DNA of 64,000 nt. Origin: Trypanosoma brucei (Eukaryota). The stretch spans positions 416,001-480,000 of the forward strand of contig CP000070.1 in the NCBI GenBank assembly GCA_000002445.1, written 5' to 3'. Every line of letters starts with the position of its first letter. Position 1 is the stretch's first letter. Made by a program: the position numbers and the translations under genes. The notes under the pieces are model-generated. The model ran no database searches, was not told the DNA's origin, and saw only the letters and a list, made by a program, of their open reading frames with translations. Positions 20,364 through 32,068 of the stretch are shown here, one piece after another.

Positions 20364-20812
20364 TGGCTGCGGTGCTGGGTGGATCACAAAGCAAGTGTGT
20401 GCAGCATACCCAACATCCTTCTTCCCACCCGTTGGTTCTTCGTTTACCTACTCTGTTATAGTAGTAATAGATGCCGCTGTCTTGGTTAAGCACTTAACCT
20501 GTGACTCTCCCTGCTGGTTAGTGCTGTACTTCCTACACAAACATACCCGCCTCTAACTTGAATCGTTCTCTTTCAACTCGTTTTGCATTCTTTTCTCTTT
20601 CTCTCACTCTCTCTCACATTCATTTGCTGCATGCGCATATTATCCTGACTACTGATGCATACAATTTATATTGAAGAAGGTAAATAGAGCATATCAACAG
20701 TTTAAAAAAAAGGCCAAATAACGTAAAGTAACATATTACATTTTTTTTTTTTGAAAGTGTCGTTGGATCTCGTGACAACAGAATAACACAGAAGGAAAAA
20801 GCACTTAACATT

Positions 20813-21526
20813 TTGGACATGTCACTTGTGGAGGTTTTGCCGAACTACTTCACTCTTTCGAAGGACTCACCCCTTCGGAAGAAGTTCGAAAAGGTGTACA
20901 AATGGTATTCACCAGCCTTTTCGCCTCACGATGTTCCGCGCTTTGCTGAGGTGGGGAATATCACCGAAAATCCTGAAGTGATGCGCGGCATTCGAGACTT
21001 CTTCGTTGACCGCTATAAAAATCTTCAGCAGCCCATCACCCACATTTTGGGGTTTGACTCTCGTGGTTTTCTGCTTGGACCAATGATTGCAGTGGAGCTG
21101 AACGTGCCTTTTGTACTGATAAGGAAGGCGAACAAAATCGCTGGTGTTATCATTAAGAGTGAACCTTACACGAAGGAATACGCCGCAGAATCAGAGGAGT
21201 GCATGACCGTTCGCTTCGGGAGCTTTGACAAGAATTCTCGCGTTGTTCTCATCGATGATGTGATTGCCACTGGTGGTACCATGCTTGCGGGAGTGCAACT
21301 TGTTGATGCATGTGGTGCCACTCTTGTGGAAGTGGCGGGTATTCTCGGCCTCACTTTCCTCAAAGGAACGCAACCCGCCCATACATTTGCGGGAGGTCGG
21401 TACAGTAATGTTCCATTTGTCACTCTTGTGGATGAAACTGTCCTTTCTGATGAAAACTGTGGCGATCCTCTTCATCACAAGGGATCCCGCATAATAAGCT
21501 GCGCCGAGGCAAAAAAATTGATTTAA
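20813..21526 (+). CDS. APRT: Adenine phosphoribosyltransferase (type I PRTase), probably the cytosolic copy (237 aa)
   Basis: PRPP-binding motif 'VVLIDDVIATGGTM'. The 'GFDSRGFLLGPMIAVELNVPFVLIRKA' region is typical of APRT. C-terminus is -KLI. Confidence 0.8.
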   Translation: MDMSLVEVLPNYFTLSKDSPLRKKFEKVYKWYSPAFSPHDVPRFAEVGNITENPEVMRGIRDFFVDRYKNLQQPITHILGFDSRGFLLGPMIAVELNVPFVLIRKANKIAGVIIKSEPYTKEYAAESEECMTVRFGSFDKNSRVVLIDDVIATGGTMLAGVQLVDACGATLVEVAGILGLTFLKGTQPAHTFAGGRYSNVPFVTLVDETVLSDENCGDPLHHKGSRIISCAEAKKLI

Positions 21527-21606
21527 GGAATATATTGGGCAGGTAACGCCCGTAACGGATCCTTAATGATGTTACAGGTATTATTTTTAATTTGGGTAAC
21601 AGAAGA

Positions 21607-21622
21607 ATATATATATATATAT
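21607..21622. repeat. (TA)8 microsatellite
   Basis: atatatatatatatat, between the two APRT genes. Confidence 0.9.
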
Positions 21623-22273
21623 AAAAGAGAGATAATCGAGGCAGTGACATTATTTATATGTGTGATATCCAACAGCGTTGGTGGTCCACACGGAAAAAGA
21701 CAGCGGAGAAGAATCAGTGAAAGGAAGAGACATGGCGTTGAGTGCTTTTTTTTTTTCCTTCTTACGGGATGGGTATTTAAAAGGTGGTGCCTCATTTTTT
21801 GCGAGCAGTAGGCCTTGTTTTGTGTCAAGTGCAGCATTTAGCATATTAGTTTACACATGACTACGGGGCGTTCTGGGAATAAGAATTCTCCTCGGGTTGG
21901 CACACCTGTAAATTTATATGTCGTACCTCCCCTCTATTGGCGTATCAATTTTTTTTCTCATTGCCTCCTGCATCCCTTCCCGCGTGTTCTTTTTTTTTTT
22001 TGCTGCTTTTCGGTATTTCAAACCTCTCTAAATTATGGGGGAGGGGGGCTGTTGCTTGTTTCACCCCCACGTGTGCAACGCTTTCCGTGTGTTACTCATC
22101 GCCACTTCAACAATTACTATCCACCTCCGTTTCGTTTTGCCCTGCTACTTCATTTCGCTTACCACAATTTATTCAATTAAGTTTCTTACTAATAGTAGTA
22201 GTAGTTGAGCACCCGCTTGTTTTGTTGCCGTTTTTCAAGGTTAATCACAAGTCTTTATCTGTTATCCATAACT

Positions 22274-22966
22274 ATGTCACAGTATGATGCGATTCTGACT
22301 GAGCGTCACCCACATCACTTCACGCTGGCAGATACCCATCCGCTAGCCAAGGAACTGCATGCCAATATCTTTGGAGAATCGGATTTAACACATGCCAATT
22401 GTGCTCACGTATACGACATCAGCAGTCTTACCGAAAAGCCGGCGCTCTTTCGAAAGGTCATCGAGTTCCTCAAATGCCGCTATGAAACGATGGGTGACAC
22501 CGGTCCAACACACATCATTGGAGTGGAATCACGCGGTTACATCATTGGGGCCCCTCTGGCAGTGGCGCTTGGTATTCCATTCGTAACCGCCCGTGTGACG
22601 AAACGGTTTCCCTCTTCATTTGTACCTGAAGGTGACGATTTGAAGTATTTGCCGATGTCACGCTCTATCCGAAATGACAGCATTCCTCCGCGTGCGCGTG
22701 TGTTGATTGTTGACGATTTCATTGGTACGGGAAGCACAATGCTTGCCGCACTGCGACTTGCAGATATTGTGGCTGCTCAAGTAGTAGAAGTTCTTACCGT
22801 CTGTGATGTGGCCTCGTTGGGGGGTATCAAAATTATACGTGAATCCGATGATGAAATGTTCAAAGAGACGCCTATCTTTACTTTGATTCACTTCAAACTC
22901 TCCCCGCGGGAGGCTGAAGAGCAACTTGAATTCGTTAACTCATACATTACCAGGTCACGACTGTGA
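22274..22966 (+). CDS. APRT: Adenine phosphoribosyltransferase paralogue with C-terminal PTS1-like -SRL (putative glycosomal; 230 aa from ATG at 22274)
   Basis: PRTase motif 'VLIVDDFIGTGSTM'. 'IGVESRGYIIGAPLAVALGIPFVTAR' is APRT-like. The terminal tripeptide SRL fits the PTS1 consensus. The longest ORF begins at 22205 inside a pyrimidine tract. Confidence 0.75.
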   Translation: MSQYDAILTERHPHHFTLADTHPLAKELHANIFGESDLTHANCAHVYDISSLTEKPALFRKVIEFLKCRYETMGDTGPTHIIGVESRGYIIGAPLAVALGIPFVTARVTKRFPSSFVPEGDDLKYLPMSRSIRNDSIPPRARVLIVDDFIGTGSTMLAALRLADIVAAQVVEVLTVCDVASLGGIKIIRESDDEMFKETPIFTLIHFKLSPREAEEQLEFVNSYITRSRL

Positions 22967-24282
22967 GATATTTCCCCTCCCCTTTTTATACCTCAGTTGT
23001 GGCATGATATCTTCATGTGAGTGTTCATCTGCTCTATGTGGAATTGAGAGAGAGTCACTGGAATAAGAGCAGCTGCGGAAAACAATTTTTTTTTTTTTGA
23101 AAAACAGTTAAAGTAAGGAAACAAGCGGCAGTGACGTGGAGGAGCCTAAAGTGCGCATGTTCCCTCATGCGGTCGGCACCTCTCATAATTGCTACCAATG
23201 GTGTGTTCTCCTTCGTATCGGTGTTATTTCAGATAGCGGGATAATCACATGGAATAAAACTGAACAGCAAGCAGTGAAGTGAAGGGGAGGGGAGGCGTTG
23301 GTAAAGAAACGTGTTTTAATGACAGGTGCGGGTAGGGAAGTGACAATTTTCCAAACATAAATGCTGATTGCAATATATTCCTCATTTTCCCCATACACGA
23401 AAAAGGTTACTAAGGGAAAACGAAAAAAGAAAAAGAAGGATGAAGCACAATCTTACGGGAAGTAGTTACTCATCTTCTGCGTGTCCGCGTATTTGGAAAG
23501 CATATTAAAACAACAGGTATGTGTGAGGGTGTTTGTTTTTTTTTTTTCGTATGTTCGTGAAGCGAATGGAAACGTGATGATGTTCACCTTATCTTCAGTT
23601 CGTTAGCAAGAGAGGGGAAGGGAAGCATCCGCTTCTATTTTCTGCTCCTCTTTTTCCCTTTTCATATATATATATATTATTATTATTATTATTATCATTT
23701 TTATTATCGTTATCTTCTTTCTGTGTTTGTCTGTTGTTGTGACCATTCCGAAGGCTGGCGGTGCAACCTCGTCCTTTTTCCCCCTCCCCCCCCTCACGTC
23801 ATACCTCTGGATACATAACGTTTTCCAATTTAGAAAAGAATTATTGTGTGGACGCCACGTCATCCTCCAGCTTTTTCTTTTTTCCTCCTCTACAGACTCT
23901 TCTTTCGGACCATATGACTGTTACCGGCAACTACCAACTTAAAAAAATATGTGCGGACGACTACGTTAGTTCTTTCGTAGTTTGACGAGTTTTTCTTTTT
24001 CCTTTTTTTTTTGTTGTTGCGGTGGATGTTTATCTCACTCTGACCATGTGTAGTACTTTTGAGTTAAGCGGAGGACTTCAGACAGCGACATAATACCGCT
24101 GCGCTTGTGTCTGTATGTTTGATTAAGAAAATACAAGTAAAAGGTTGTTTGTATTTTTGTCTTCGTGCGCATGCGTTATGCACTGTTCTTTTATTCTTTC
24201 CTTCTGTCCTCTTTGCTTTGTATGCTTCTTTTTTTATTTTCTGCTGATCGCCATTGGGAGCCCACGCGCTTTAACGAGGGGA

Positions 24283-24326
<44 letters not shown>
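24283..24326. repeat. (TA)~21 microsatellite
   Basis: Long perfect TA run read directly. Confidence 0.95.
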
Positions 24327-24329
<3 letters not shown>

Positions 24330-24541
24330 GTGGGGAGTAAAGGGAGCTCAAAAGGGAAGTGACCGCATCGCCACCCGCTTTGTATTTCTTTTTGTTGGTC
24401 AGACTCCAGTAAAAGGGAAGGAACCGATAAAAGTAACAGACCTAACTGCTATAACATTTACTCAGTTAAGCAAGGGGGGGGAAGCATTAGAAAGGTGTTT
24501 TATCTCACACGTCCAACGCCTCGCTGCACGGCGGTTCGAAT

Positions 24542-25252
24542 ATGTCGTCTTTAATGTCGGCAAATAATAGTGGTCTCGTCTTCGCTATGGCACTGACCAC
24601 CAACCAAACCTTCTTTCTAACGTACCACATGGGCAGCTACGCTAATAACGCCGTCATGCTTAGCAGCCGGAAACCTATGTTGATGAGAGACGTATTCTTG
24701 ACGAAATCTTCAAGTTTCTTCCCTAACCCCCTTTCGTGCGTTTATGTTCACAGTCCGTTGGATGCTGTGTTAAACAGTTTATTAGCATGGTTTTTAGTGA
24801 GACCAATTATCGAAATCATTGGTTGGAGGTCCGGAGTGGCGATATACTTCGGTTCAGGTTTCTTCAGCAGTTTCGCTTACATATTCAGTAGCCAACTCGG
24901 TACAGGGAGGACGAACACACCGTTTGATTGTGCAGACACGTCAAATGGTGCCTTTTCGGGTTTTGCGACCCTCAGCCTCGTATTGCCAAAATGTTATATA
25001 CCAACAAGCAAGCGCATCCCTACAAGCTACCTTGGTGTCCCATACCTCATCAAATGCTTCTACGACGAATACGTTGCTCCCCATTACGTTGACAAAAGAG
25101 AAAAGGGTGCTATCGAGCTGCGAAACTGGGGATTTGTTGGGGGAGTATTCTTCGTAATGATCTATACATCATTGGTACTTCGAACTAAACATGATATGAC
25201 AACAATGAGGACATTTTGGCGCAACATGGGCATTACTACGCGAAAAAAATAA
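24542..25252 (+). CDS. Hypothetical multi-pass membrane protein (236 aa)
   Basis: ORF with several hydrophobic segments ('GVAIYFGSGFFSSFAYIF', 'GFVGGVFFVMIYTSLVL'). A rhomboid-like 'GAFSGF' motif is weak. Annotated as hypothetical. Confidence 0.45.
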   Translation: MSSLMSANNSGLVFAMALTTNQTFFLTYHMGSYANNAVMLSSRKPMLMRDVFLTKSSSFFPNPLSCVYVHSPLDAVLNSLLAWFLVRPIIEIIGWRSGVAIYFGSGFFSSFAYIFSSQLGTGRTNTPFDCADTSNGAFSGFATLSLVLPKCYIPTSKRIPTSYLGVPYLIKCFYDEYVAPHYVDKREKGAIELRNWGFVGGVFFVMIYTSLVLRTKHDMTTMRTFWRNMGITTRKK

Positions 25253-25499
25253 TGCAGAACACACATACTGTGTAACAACAACTTTTATTTTACTTACAAA
25301 AAAAACTCACATTCCCTACTCTGCAAGGAACGAAAAAAAATACCATAATTTTCAACGACAATTAAACGTCACCGTCAAACTGTTTTACCAAACCGCAATG
25401 CACTCTTGTAAACGAACACACAGGTAGGCTAGGCGAGGTTTTTCACAAAAGGAATATATATATATATATATAAGGCTACGCCTAAATCCCTTTGACCTC

Positions 25500-26507
25500 A
25501 TGGGTTGCCAACGTATGGGGACCTATCCCATTGCGGGTGTGGAAGATGTGCGCCGTGCTGTCGTTTTGGAGGTGAACGATTTTTGTATTTCCGTGAAGCT
25601 GCCTCCTGCAAGTGAATTAAGGAAAGATTCCCGGTATGGCATTAACCTTGATGCCCAGGTTGTCGGTTTCAATGCAAGGCGCGTTCGCGACGAATATGAG
25701 CTTGCCTTTCGTATGTATCTTACTGGAAACGATCTTGAGAAGTACGCCCGGAGGTGCACGGTTGGGTACCTTTTTCTTCCATCCGGGGAGGAGCATTACC
25801 TCGGCCCGCTGATATTTGGTAGTGACTCGGTGTGCTCGGCCATGCTTGTGGGGGAAGTGCCATCAAATGTAGAGGTGTGCTTTGAGTGCCTTTCTCTTCC
25901 CAGAGGTATGACGGCTCTGATGCCTGCCTGCTTTCGCCTTGCAGAGATCATGGCGACCATTCTTGATGCTGACGTGCACAATGCATCAGTGGCCTCCTCG
26001 CATATGCAAAACTTGGTGAAACTGTTCCCTTCTTATGGTGACTGCATGATGCAGTTTGATAACTGGACCAAATTTGTGGAGTGCGCGGAAGCTCAACTGG
26101 GACTGTGGTGCACAAGAAGATACACCGAAGACGAAATCAAAAAATATGGATTTCGTAATGTTGCACATTATGAGGAGCCACGTCTTGTCTCAAAACGATT
26201 TATTTACGACTATGTTGATGGGGATGTTGGGAAAGATGCGTTGCATCATGAAAAGTTTGAGGAGTTGAAGAAGCTTGTTGCCGCTGCATTGAACTCTTGC
26301 ACTGACTGCCGGCGTCCTTCTCATCTGTGTAAGAAACACCTCACGGAGATATCAAGCATGCCTTGCGTTCTCCAGCTGAATCCCCCAAACTACTTGGCAC
26401 CCGTGACTGCTGAGGGAATCGTCTGGAGGATTGTTCTCCAAGACCCCCTCCATCCCCTCCGTGTTGTCTGGGAACGCAAAGTCACGCGGGTTCCAGATTT
26501 TCGCTAA
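25500..26507 (+). CDS. Hypothetical protein (335 aa; starts MGC..., a Gly2/Cys3 N-terminus), duplication copy A
   Basis: Long ORF, duplicated identically at 31061. A Cys-rich C-terminal region ('CTDCRRPSHLCKKH') is present. No known family recognised. Confidence 0.55.
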   Translation: MGCQRMGTYPIAGVEDVRRAVVLEVNDFCISVKLPPASELRKDSRYGINLDAQVVGFNARRVRDEYELAFRMYLTGNDLEKYARRCTVGYLFLPSGEEHYLGPLIFGSDSVCSAMLVGEVPSNVEVCFECLSLPRGMTALMPACFRLAEIMATILDADVHNASVASSHMQNLVKLFPSYGDCMMQFDNWTKFVECAEAQLGLWCTRRYTEDEIKKYGFRNVAHYEEPRLVSKRFIYDYVDGDVGKDALHHEKFEELKKLVAAALNSCTDCRRPSHLCKKHLTEISSMPCVLQLNPPNYLAPVTAEGIVWRIVLQDPLHPLRVVWERKVTRVPDFR

Positions 26508-27270
26508 TCCCAAATGCTTCCGTACGGCATTCATTATTTTACACCATCATGTAAGCTGTCAGGCAGCAATAGGGTCCTTAACACAATACATTTCCCTCCT
26601 CTTTCGCGTTTGACTTTCAATTCCTCAATGTTTTTGGTTGTCGCTGTTCTGTTTTTAACATTTTGCATGACTAATGTCTTTTGTTCATGTTTGTTCGTTT
26701 CCCTCTACGTCTGCTTTTGATGTTCCGTTATTTTACTTTTACGTTTGCTTTTTTTTCTTTACTGTTTGCTCCACCCCGTACTCCTTACGATTGGTAACAT
26801 CCTGATTCAAATGTCGGCTGCAGGTGATAGGGGAGCGAGCTTATGAAGACGTGGAAGTACTGCTTCTCCGTCATTTTCCCATCTTTTGTGTTTCAGCTCT
26901 TGTATGCGCCACCGAAGCACATTGTTAGATGCTACACATGTGCATGTAGAAGGACTTCCTTTTACGCACCTTTCTTTTTCTTTTCCATAATTATACTTTT
27001 GTGCTGTCTCCTACTGCTTTTCTTACCTTATGTATTTTTTTTACTCTTTGGTTACACACTCGTTACTTATCTTTTCCTTATATCCTTCCTAACATTATGG
27101 TGCTCCCATGGTTTTCCTCTTCTTTCCTGTGCGGTGGGCCCAGTTGCTGCGTCTATCCACTGCATTGCTGACCACTATCCACTCTCCCGTGCACTTATTA
27201 TGTTGTTTTCTCTTTTTTACTTTACTGAGCGCAACCGAATTGTGGGGGACATAGTAGAAGGCAAGACCAC

Positions 27271-27576
27271 TTGACCGCCCTAAGTGCGATGCCTGGGCGA
27301 AGAGGGAAGCAGCGTGTGAAGCGGAAGAAGTCGAAACGTCAGAGGCCTTCCGGGATGGAGCGTGTGCTTATTGAAAGCATACACGTGCGGAAGCATAAGG
27401 AGCGTGACATTCTGAAGCATCACATCCCCCCTTCAGTAAAACCGAGAGTGAAGAAAGTGTCGTTGGATGCGACATTGCCCATGTTTAATGCCATCTCTAA
27501 AAACGCCAACCGGAGTACCTCTTCAGTGACCATGGCGAAGGGAACCAAATCGAACGGTACTGTGGTAGGATGCTGA
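27271..27576 (+). CDS. Small basic hypothetical protein (101 aa), duplication copy A
   Basis: ORF in the sense orientation between larger genes. Lys/Arg-rich ('RRGKQRVKRKKSKRQRP'). Could equally be non-coding. Confidence 0.25.
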   Translation: MTALSAMPGRRGKQRVKRKKSKRQRPSGMERVLIESIHVRKHKERDILKHHIPPSVKPRVKKVSLDATLPMFNAISKNANRSTSSVTMAKGTKSNGTVVGC

Positions 27577-28220
27577 AGTTCCAACTGTTAGTGCACATGC
27601 GCGCTGTGTGGTAAACCCCTGCAAACTATTATACGCGGTTGCGTTGGGAGTACGACTCGTGCATGCGTGTGTGTAATTATTGGGGCTAGTGCTTTGAGAC
27701 GTACTATTGACAGGGCACCTTTACTGTGGAGATGTGCGAGGTGGACGTAATGTAGGTAAGGGTTATCGAGGTGTACCTCATCACTGTGATGCCTCTGTCA
27801 ACAGGTCCCTGCGTTCGTGGCCGCGTGGTGTATGAGTTGCTTCCTACTGTGTCGTGGGGAACTGTGAGCCACACCCTCTGAATTCTCAGCGTGTCCTCTG
27901 CACCTTTATTACGCCTGGGTGGGCCAGCTCTCTCTTCCCCCCGGGTCATGCATGGTGATATCTCTCCTGGCTCCGCATCCACTGTTAGTAGATGGTGGCG
28001 CCTTTAACGTTTGTATACTTCAGTGGTTCTCCTGTTTCAGCGCTTGGTACCGTCCTCCAGTTTCCCAGGAGTGAAGCCCACTATGGGTGTGCCACTGATT
28101 CGTGTCTTTTCTCTCTTTTCTGTCTCGCAACACTTTTGTGTAGTTAGCCCGCCACACTTGACCTTTGTTGAGGAAGGGGAGTGGGGGAACGAACCCACAG
28201 CGGATTAGACGAGACAACGG

Positions 28221-29321
28221 ATGAGTAGAGATGCGACACCCTACGAGGGCGAGGGTGATGATGACGATTATGACGGGGCAATGAGGTGTATTCTCGTGGA
28301 AAAGATACGGCGACACCGTGCTCTCGAGCGTGAGGGAAGCGTTAGGGTTATAACACGGAAAGGTGTACCACCCCCGACACTAGGGGAGCTGCGCGCGATA
28401 GCTGACAGGCGGTCGAGACATGAAGACCTGTTGAGGTTGCAGCGGCGTCTGGATGGGGTAGAGAGACGGATGGGGTTGTGGCGTGACTATCTTTCCTACG
28501 AGCCCCCACCCTTTATGTCCTCCAGCGTTCCTGCTAACGCTTCTGAGACTGGAATCCTTGAGGGACGCGCAGCACTTCTTTCACCACTTTCCACACTGTT
28601 TCGCATTTTGCTCCGCGAGAATCGCGCGCGCGAAAGGCTACGGTTGCTGCGAGCGCGGCCCCCCCTCCCCAAGTCGCAAACGCCATCGCTAGCTAGTGCT
28701 CGACGGATGTCATTGGAGGTGGCTCGTTTTGTGGGAGACGATATATTTGTTCCCCCTGGGGATGGGTGCCGTTCTGCAATAACTTCCGAGCAGTTGCTTG
28801 TAACACCCGCGTATGAGGTCGAACGCCTTCGAAACCCGCTGGTGTTCTTGGCTCGCGAGTACCGTATGGAGCGACTCCCTGAATTCTCACTAAACCCAGC
28901 AAAGTCTCCGGATACTGGTCACAGCTCTGTGGTGAGGAAGGATTGCGGTGCCTCGTCTGCAGTCACATTATCAGACTTCCGCCAGCCACCTGTGATGTTA
29001 GAGGCATTTAATATACCTTGCGGCATTTACGATGTGGGTCGTAGAGTCCACCTCATTCAGGGGTATGAGCCGCTGTACAGCAGTGATGGGCTTGGGTCTC
29101 TTGACTCTCTTAGTAAGGCCGTGAAGTGTAGGCGGGATGGACCGCAACGGGGCGATACTGCCTTCATTGACGGGCGGCTGTCTCAAAGTTTGTGGTGTTC
29201 TGGGACTCCAGCGAAACTACGAGGGCCGCTCCAGGAGGACTCGCTAAGCGGAAGCGACGACGACGAGGTCTCCCCAGCCTTCTGCGCGGATGTCTCATGG
29301 CTTCCCAAGTTCCCCGAGTAA
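28221..29321 (+). CDS. Hypothetical protein (366 aa; acidic N-terminus, Arg-rich helices), duplication copy A
   Basis: Long sense ORF, identical protein in copy B. No motif recognised. Confidence 0.55.
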   Translation: MSRDATPYEGEGDDDDYDGAMRCILVEKIRRHRALEREGSVRVITRKGVPPPTLGELRAIADRRSRHEDLLRLQRRLDGVERRMGLWRDYLSYEPPPFMSSSVPANASETGILEGRAALLSPLSTLFRILLRENRARERLRLLRARPPLPKSQTPSLASARRMSLEVARFVGDDIFVPPGDGCRSAITSEQLLVTPAYEVERLRNPLVFLAREYRMERLPEFSLNPAKSPDTGHSSVVRKDCGASSAVTLSDFRQPPVMLEAFNIPCGIYDVGRRVHLIQGYEPLYSSDGLGSLDSLSKAVKCRRDGPQRGDTAFIDGRLSQSLWCSGTPAKLRGPLQEDSLSGSDDDEVSPAFCADVSWLPKFPE

Positions 29322-29616
29322 CAAGATTGCGATAGTGAGGGAATAGTAGAGGATATTCTCTTACTGTGCACTGGGTGTATCATTCTGTCACCCGATGTAA
29401 TGTAATATATGGCGCAAAAGAATGTGCTTTTTGGTGAAGTGGATGCCTCCGGCACTGTTTCATTCGAATGGCTGCGTTTATTTTCTGTGTTGTCACTGCT
29501 CCGCCAACCTCTTGCACGCATCTGAGAACCCACTTGTTGATGCCTCTTTTCCCTTTACTTTTGTGTGCTCCCACCCTACGACCCCGTGTCACGTGACGCA
29601 GTTTTCACCGCCGACG

Positions 29617-30498
29617 ATGGTTGGCGAGAGGACCGTCTCTGGTGGTTGGAAACCTGATAGTTCGGCACCTGTGTGTGACAGCTGCGATGTCACGTTCACT
29701 GTTTACAGGAGACGCCACCACTGCCGTTGTTGCGGCGGCGTGTTTTGCAACTCATGCTCGAATACGTATGTGAGCATCCCAGCATTGCATGAAATGAAAC
29801 CACAGCGCGTGTGCCGCGCCTGTGCAACCGCGTTGTCTGGTGCCACAGATGCCTCTGCCACTGCCGGTTCGGCGGCAACCGACCCCGTGTCCGGCGGTTC
29901 CTTTCCCTCGATTGCGGAAGAGGAGGAGGAGGGAGGTGATGGCATTGTGTCTTCAGGCAGTAGTCGCCTCGACGACGATAGCGGTGATGTTGACGACAGT
30001 TCGTCTCATAGTGGGGACGTTTCGTCTGCCGTCGCGGCTGTGTATTCTTCCGTTGAGGAGGGACCACGCACCAGTAGCATGACCTTCATTGCGGCTTTGC
30101 AAGAGAATCTCAGACACTCGGATGATCCGGGTGTCGTGACAATCCTTATGTATGCTTCGGCGACGAGGCAGCAACTAATTCTTGTTACTGTGAGTGATGG
30201 AGAAACAATGTCGATGCTTGCAGAGCGACTAGCTGACACCTACCTCCGACTGGAGAACGGACCGTTCAAGGCCGCAAGTCTTACCGACCGGGAGAATGCG
30301 CTGAAGAGGTTGCGCTTCTTTAGTGAATCAGCTGCTGTGGATAACGGCGCTCAGGCAGTGTCCGTGGCGCTGCAGCATCGGCGCCTGGTTTTGACCGGTT
30401 GCTCGCTTTCCGAACTGCAGTGTCAGAGCGCGAAACCCCTCGTCCATGATTTTTTCTGCAGTAACATCAGTGCAGGGGAGTGTGGGGAGTGGGAATGA
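29617..30498 (+). CDS. FYVE zinc-finger protein (293 aa from ATG at 29617; longest ORF from 29422), duplication copy A
   Basis: Canonical FYVE signature: 'WKPD' (WxxD), 'RRRHHCRCCGGVFC' (R+HHCR) and 'RVCRAC' (RVC), with 8 Zn-coordinating Cys. The upstream ORF extension is pyrimidine-tract sequence. Confidence 0.75.
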   Translation: MVGERTVSGGWKPDSSAPVCDSCDVTFTVYRRRHHCRCCGGVFCNSCSNTYVSIPALHEMKPQRVCRACATALSGATDASATAGSAATDPVSGGSFPSIAEEEEEGGDGIVSSGSSRLDDDSGDVDDSSSHSGDVSSAVAAVYSSVEEGPRTSSMTFIAALQENLRHSDDPGVVTILMYASATRQQLILVTVSDGETMSMLAERLADTYLRLENGPFKAASLTDRENALKRLRFFSESAAVDNGAQAVSVALQHRRLVLTGCSLSELQCQSAKPLVHDFFCSNISAGECGEWE

Positions 30499-31060
30499 AG
30501 AAAGTGACTTTGTGCAATTATCGTTGCTGCAAATCACCCTTTTTAAGGTCTGCGTATGGACTATGCGTATTCCCAGGTTGGGTATGTAGTTACTTGAAGG
30601 AGGATAACCCCGTCTTCTAACCTAACCGGTGCCTTCCTTGCCGCATTCCGGCTTCTGGCGCCATCAGTCGCTGCTTGGTTTCATTTCCAACCACTCAATG
30701 ACTCATGGGGGATCTCTTTTACTTCACCTTTTTCCCCTTCTCACACTGTCGATGTGACAGTGTCTTTTCAGTGTTCTGCGTAATCCCTTGTTCATTTTCC
30801 TTTTCCCTCTTTGCTGCTAGAAGTTGCGCATTATGTGCGTTGTTGTGGTGCCAGTAGCACGTGTGTACTGATACACGCTCCTTTATGTGCGTGTGTGCGA
30901 ATCCGAGTAGGTACTGTGTTCTCTCCTCCTTTCTCGTACAACAAATTGTATAACCGCAATGCACTCTTGTAAACGAACACACAGGTAGGCTAGGCGAGGT
31001 TTTTCACAAAAGGAATATATATATATATATATAAGGCTACGCCTAAATCCCTTTGACCTC

Positions 31061-32068
31061 ATGGGTTGCCAACGTATGGGGACCTATCCCATTGCGGGTG
31101 TGGAAGATGTGCGCCGTGCTGTCGTTTTGGAGGTGAACGATTTTTGTATTTCCGTGAAGCTGCCTCCTGCAAGTGAATTAAGGAAAGATTCCCGGTATGG
31201 CATTAACCTTGATGCCCAGGTTGTCGGTTTCAATGCAAGGCGCGTTCGCGACGAATATGAGCTTGCCTTTCGTATGTATCTTACTGGAAACGATCTTGAG
31301 AAGTACGCCCGGAGGTGCACGGTTGGGTACCTTTTTCTTCCATCCGGGGAGGAGCATTACCTCGGCCCGCTGATATTTGGTAGTGACTCGGTGTGCTCGG
31401 CCATGCTTGTGGGGGAAGTGCCATCAAATGTAGAGGTGTGCTTTGAGTGCCTTTCTCTTCCCAGAGGTATGACGGCTCTGATGCCTGCCTGCTTTCGCCT
31501 TGCAGAGATCATGGCGACCATTCTTGATGCTGACGTGCACAATGCATCAGTGGCCTCCTCGCATATGCAAAACTTGGTGAAACTGTTCCCTTCTTATGGT
31601 GACTGCATGATGCAGTTTGATAACTGGACCAAATTTGTGGAGTGCGCGGAAGCTCAACTGGGACTGTGGTGCACAAGAAGATACACCGAAGACGAAATCA
31701 AAAAATATGGATTTCGTAATGTTGCACATTATGAGGAGCCACGTCTTGTCTCAAAACGATTTATTTACGACTATGTTGATGGGGATGTTGGGAAAGATGC
31801 GTTGCATCATGAAAAGTTTGAGGAGTTGAAGAAGCTTGTTGCCGCTGCATTGAACTCTTGCACTGACTGCCGGCGTCCTTCTCATCTGTGTAAGAAACAC
31901 CTCACGGAGATATCAAGCATGCCTTGCGTTCTCCAGCTGAATCCCCCAAACTACTTGGCACCCGTGACTGCTGAGGGAATCGTCTGGAGGATTGTTCTCC
32001 AAGACCCCCTCCATCCCCTCCGTGTTGTCTGGGAACGCAAAGTCACGCGGGTTCCAGATTTTCGCTAA
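31061..32068 (+). CDS. Hypothetical protein (335 aa), duplication copy B
   Basis: Protein identical to 25500..26507. Confidence 0.55.
   Translation: MGCQRMGTYPIAGVEDVRRAVVLEVNDFCISVKLPPASELRKDSRYGINLDAQVVGFNARRVRDEYELAFRMYLTGNDLEKYARRCTVGYLFLPSGEEHYLGPLIFGSDSVCSAMLVGEVPSNVEVCFECLSLPRGMTALMPACFRLAEIMATILDADVHNASVASSHMQNLVKLFPSYGDCMMQFDNWTKFVECAEAQLGLWCTRRYTEDEIKKYGFRNVAHYEEPRLVSKRFIYDYVDGDVGKDALHHEKFEELKKLVAAALNSCTDCRRPSHLCKKHLTEISSMPCVLQLNPPNYLAPVTAEGIVWRIVLQDPLHPLRVVWERKVTRVPDFR

Larger units (their letters stand above)
25393..30953 (+). repeat. Tandem segmental duplication, unit 1 (5,561 bp, four genes)
   Basis: Sequence from 'aaccgcaatgcactcttgtaaacgaacacacagg' onward is repeated at 30954 with 4 mismatches in 5,561 bp. 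Confidence 0.95.
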
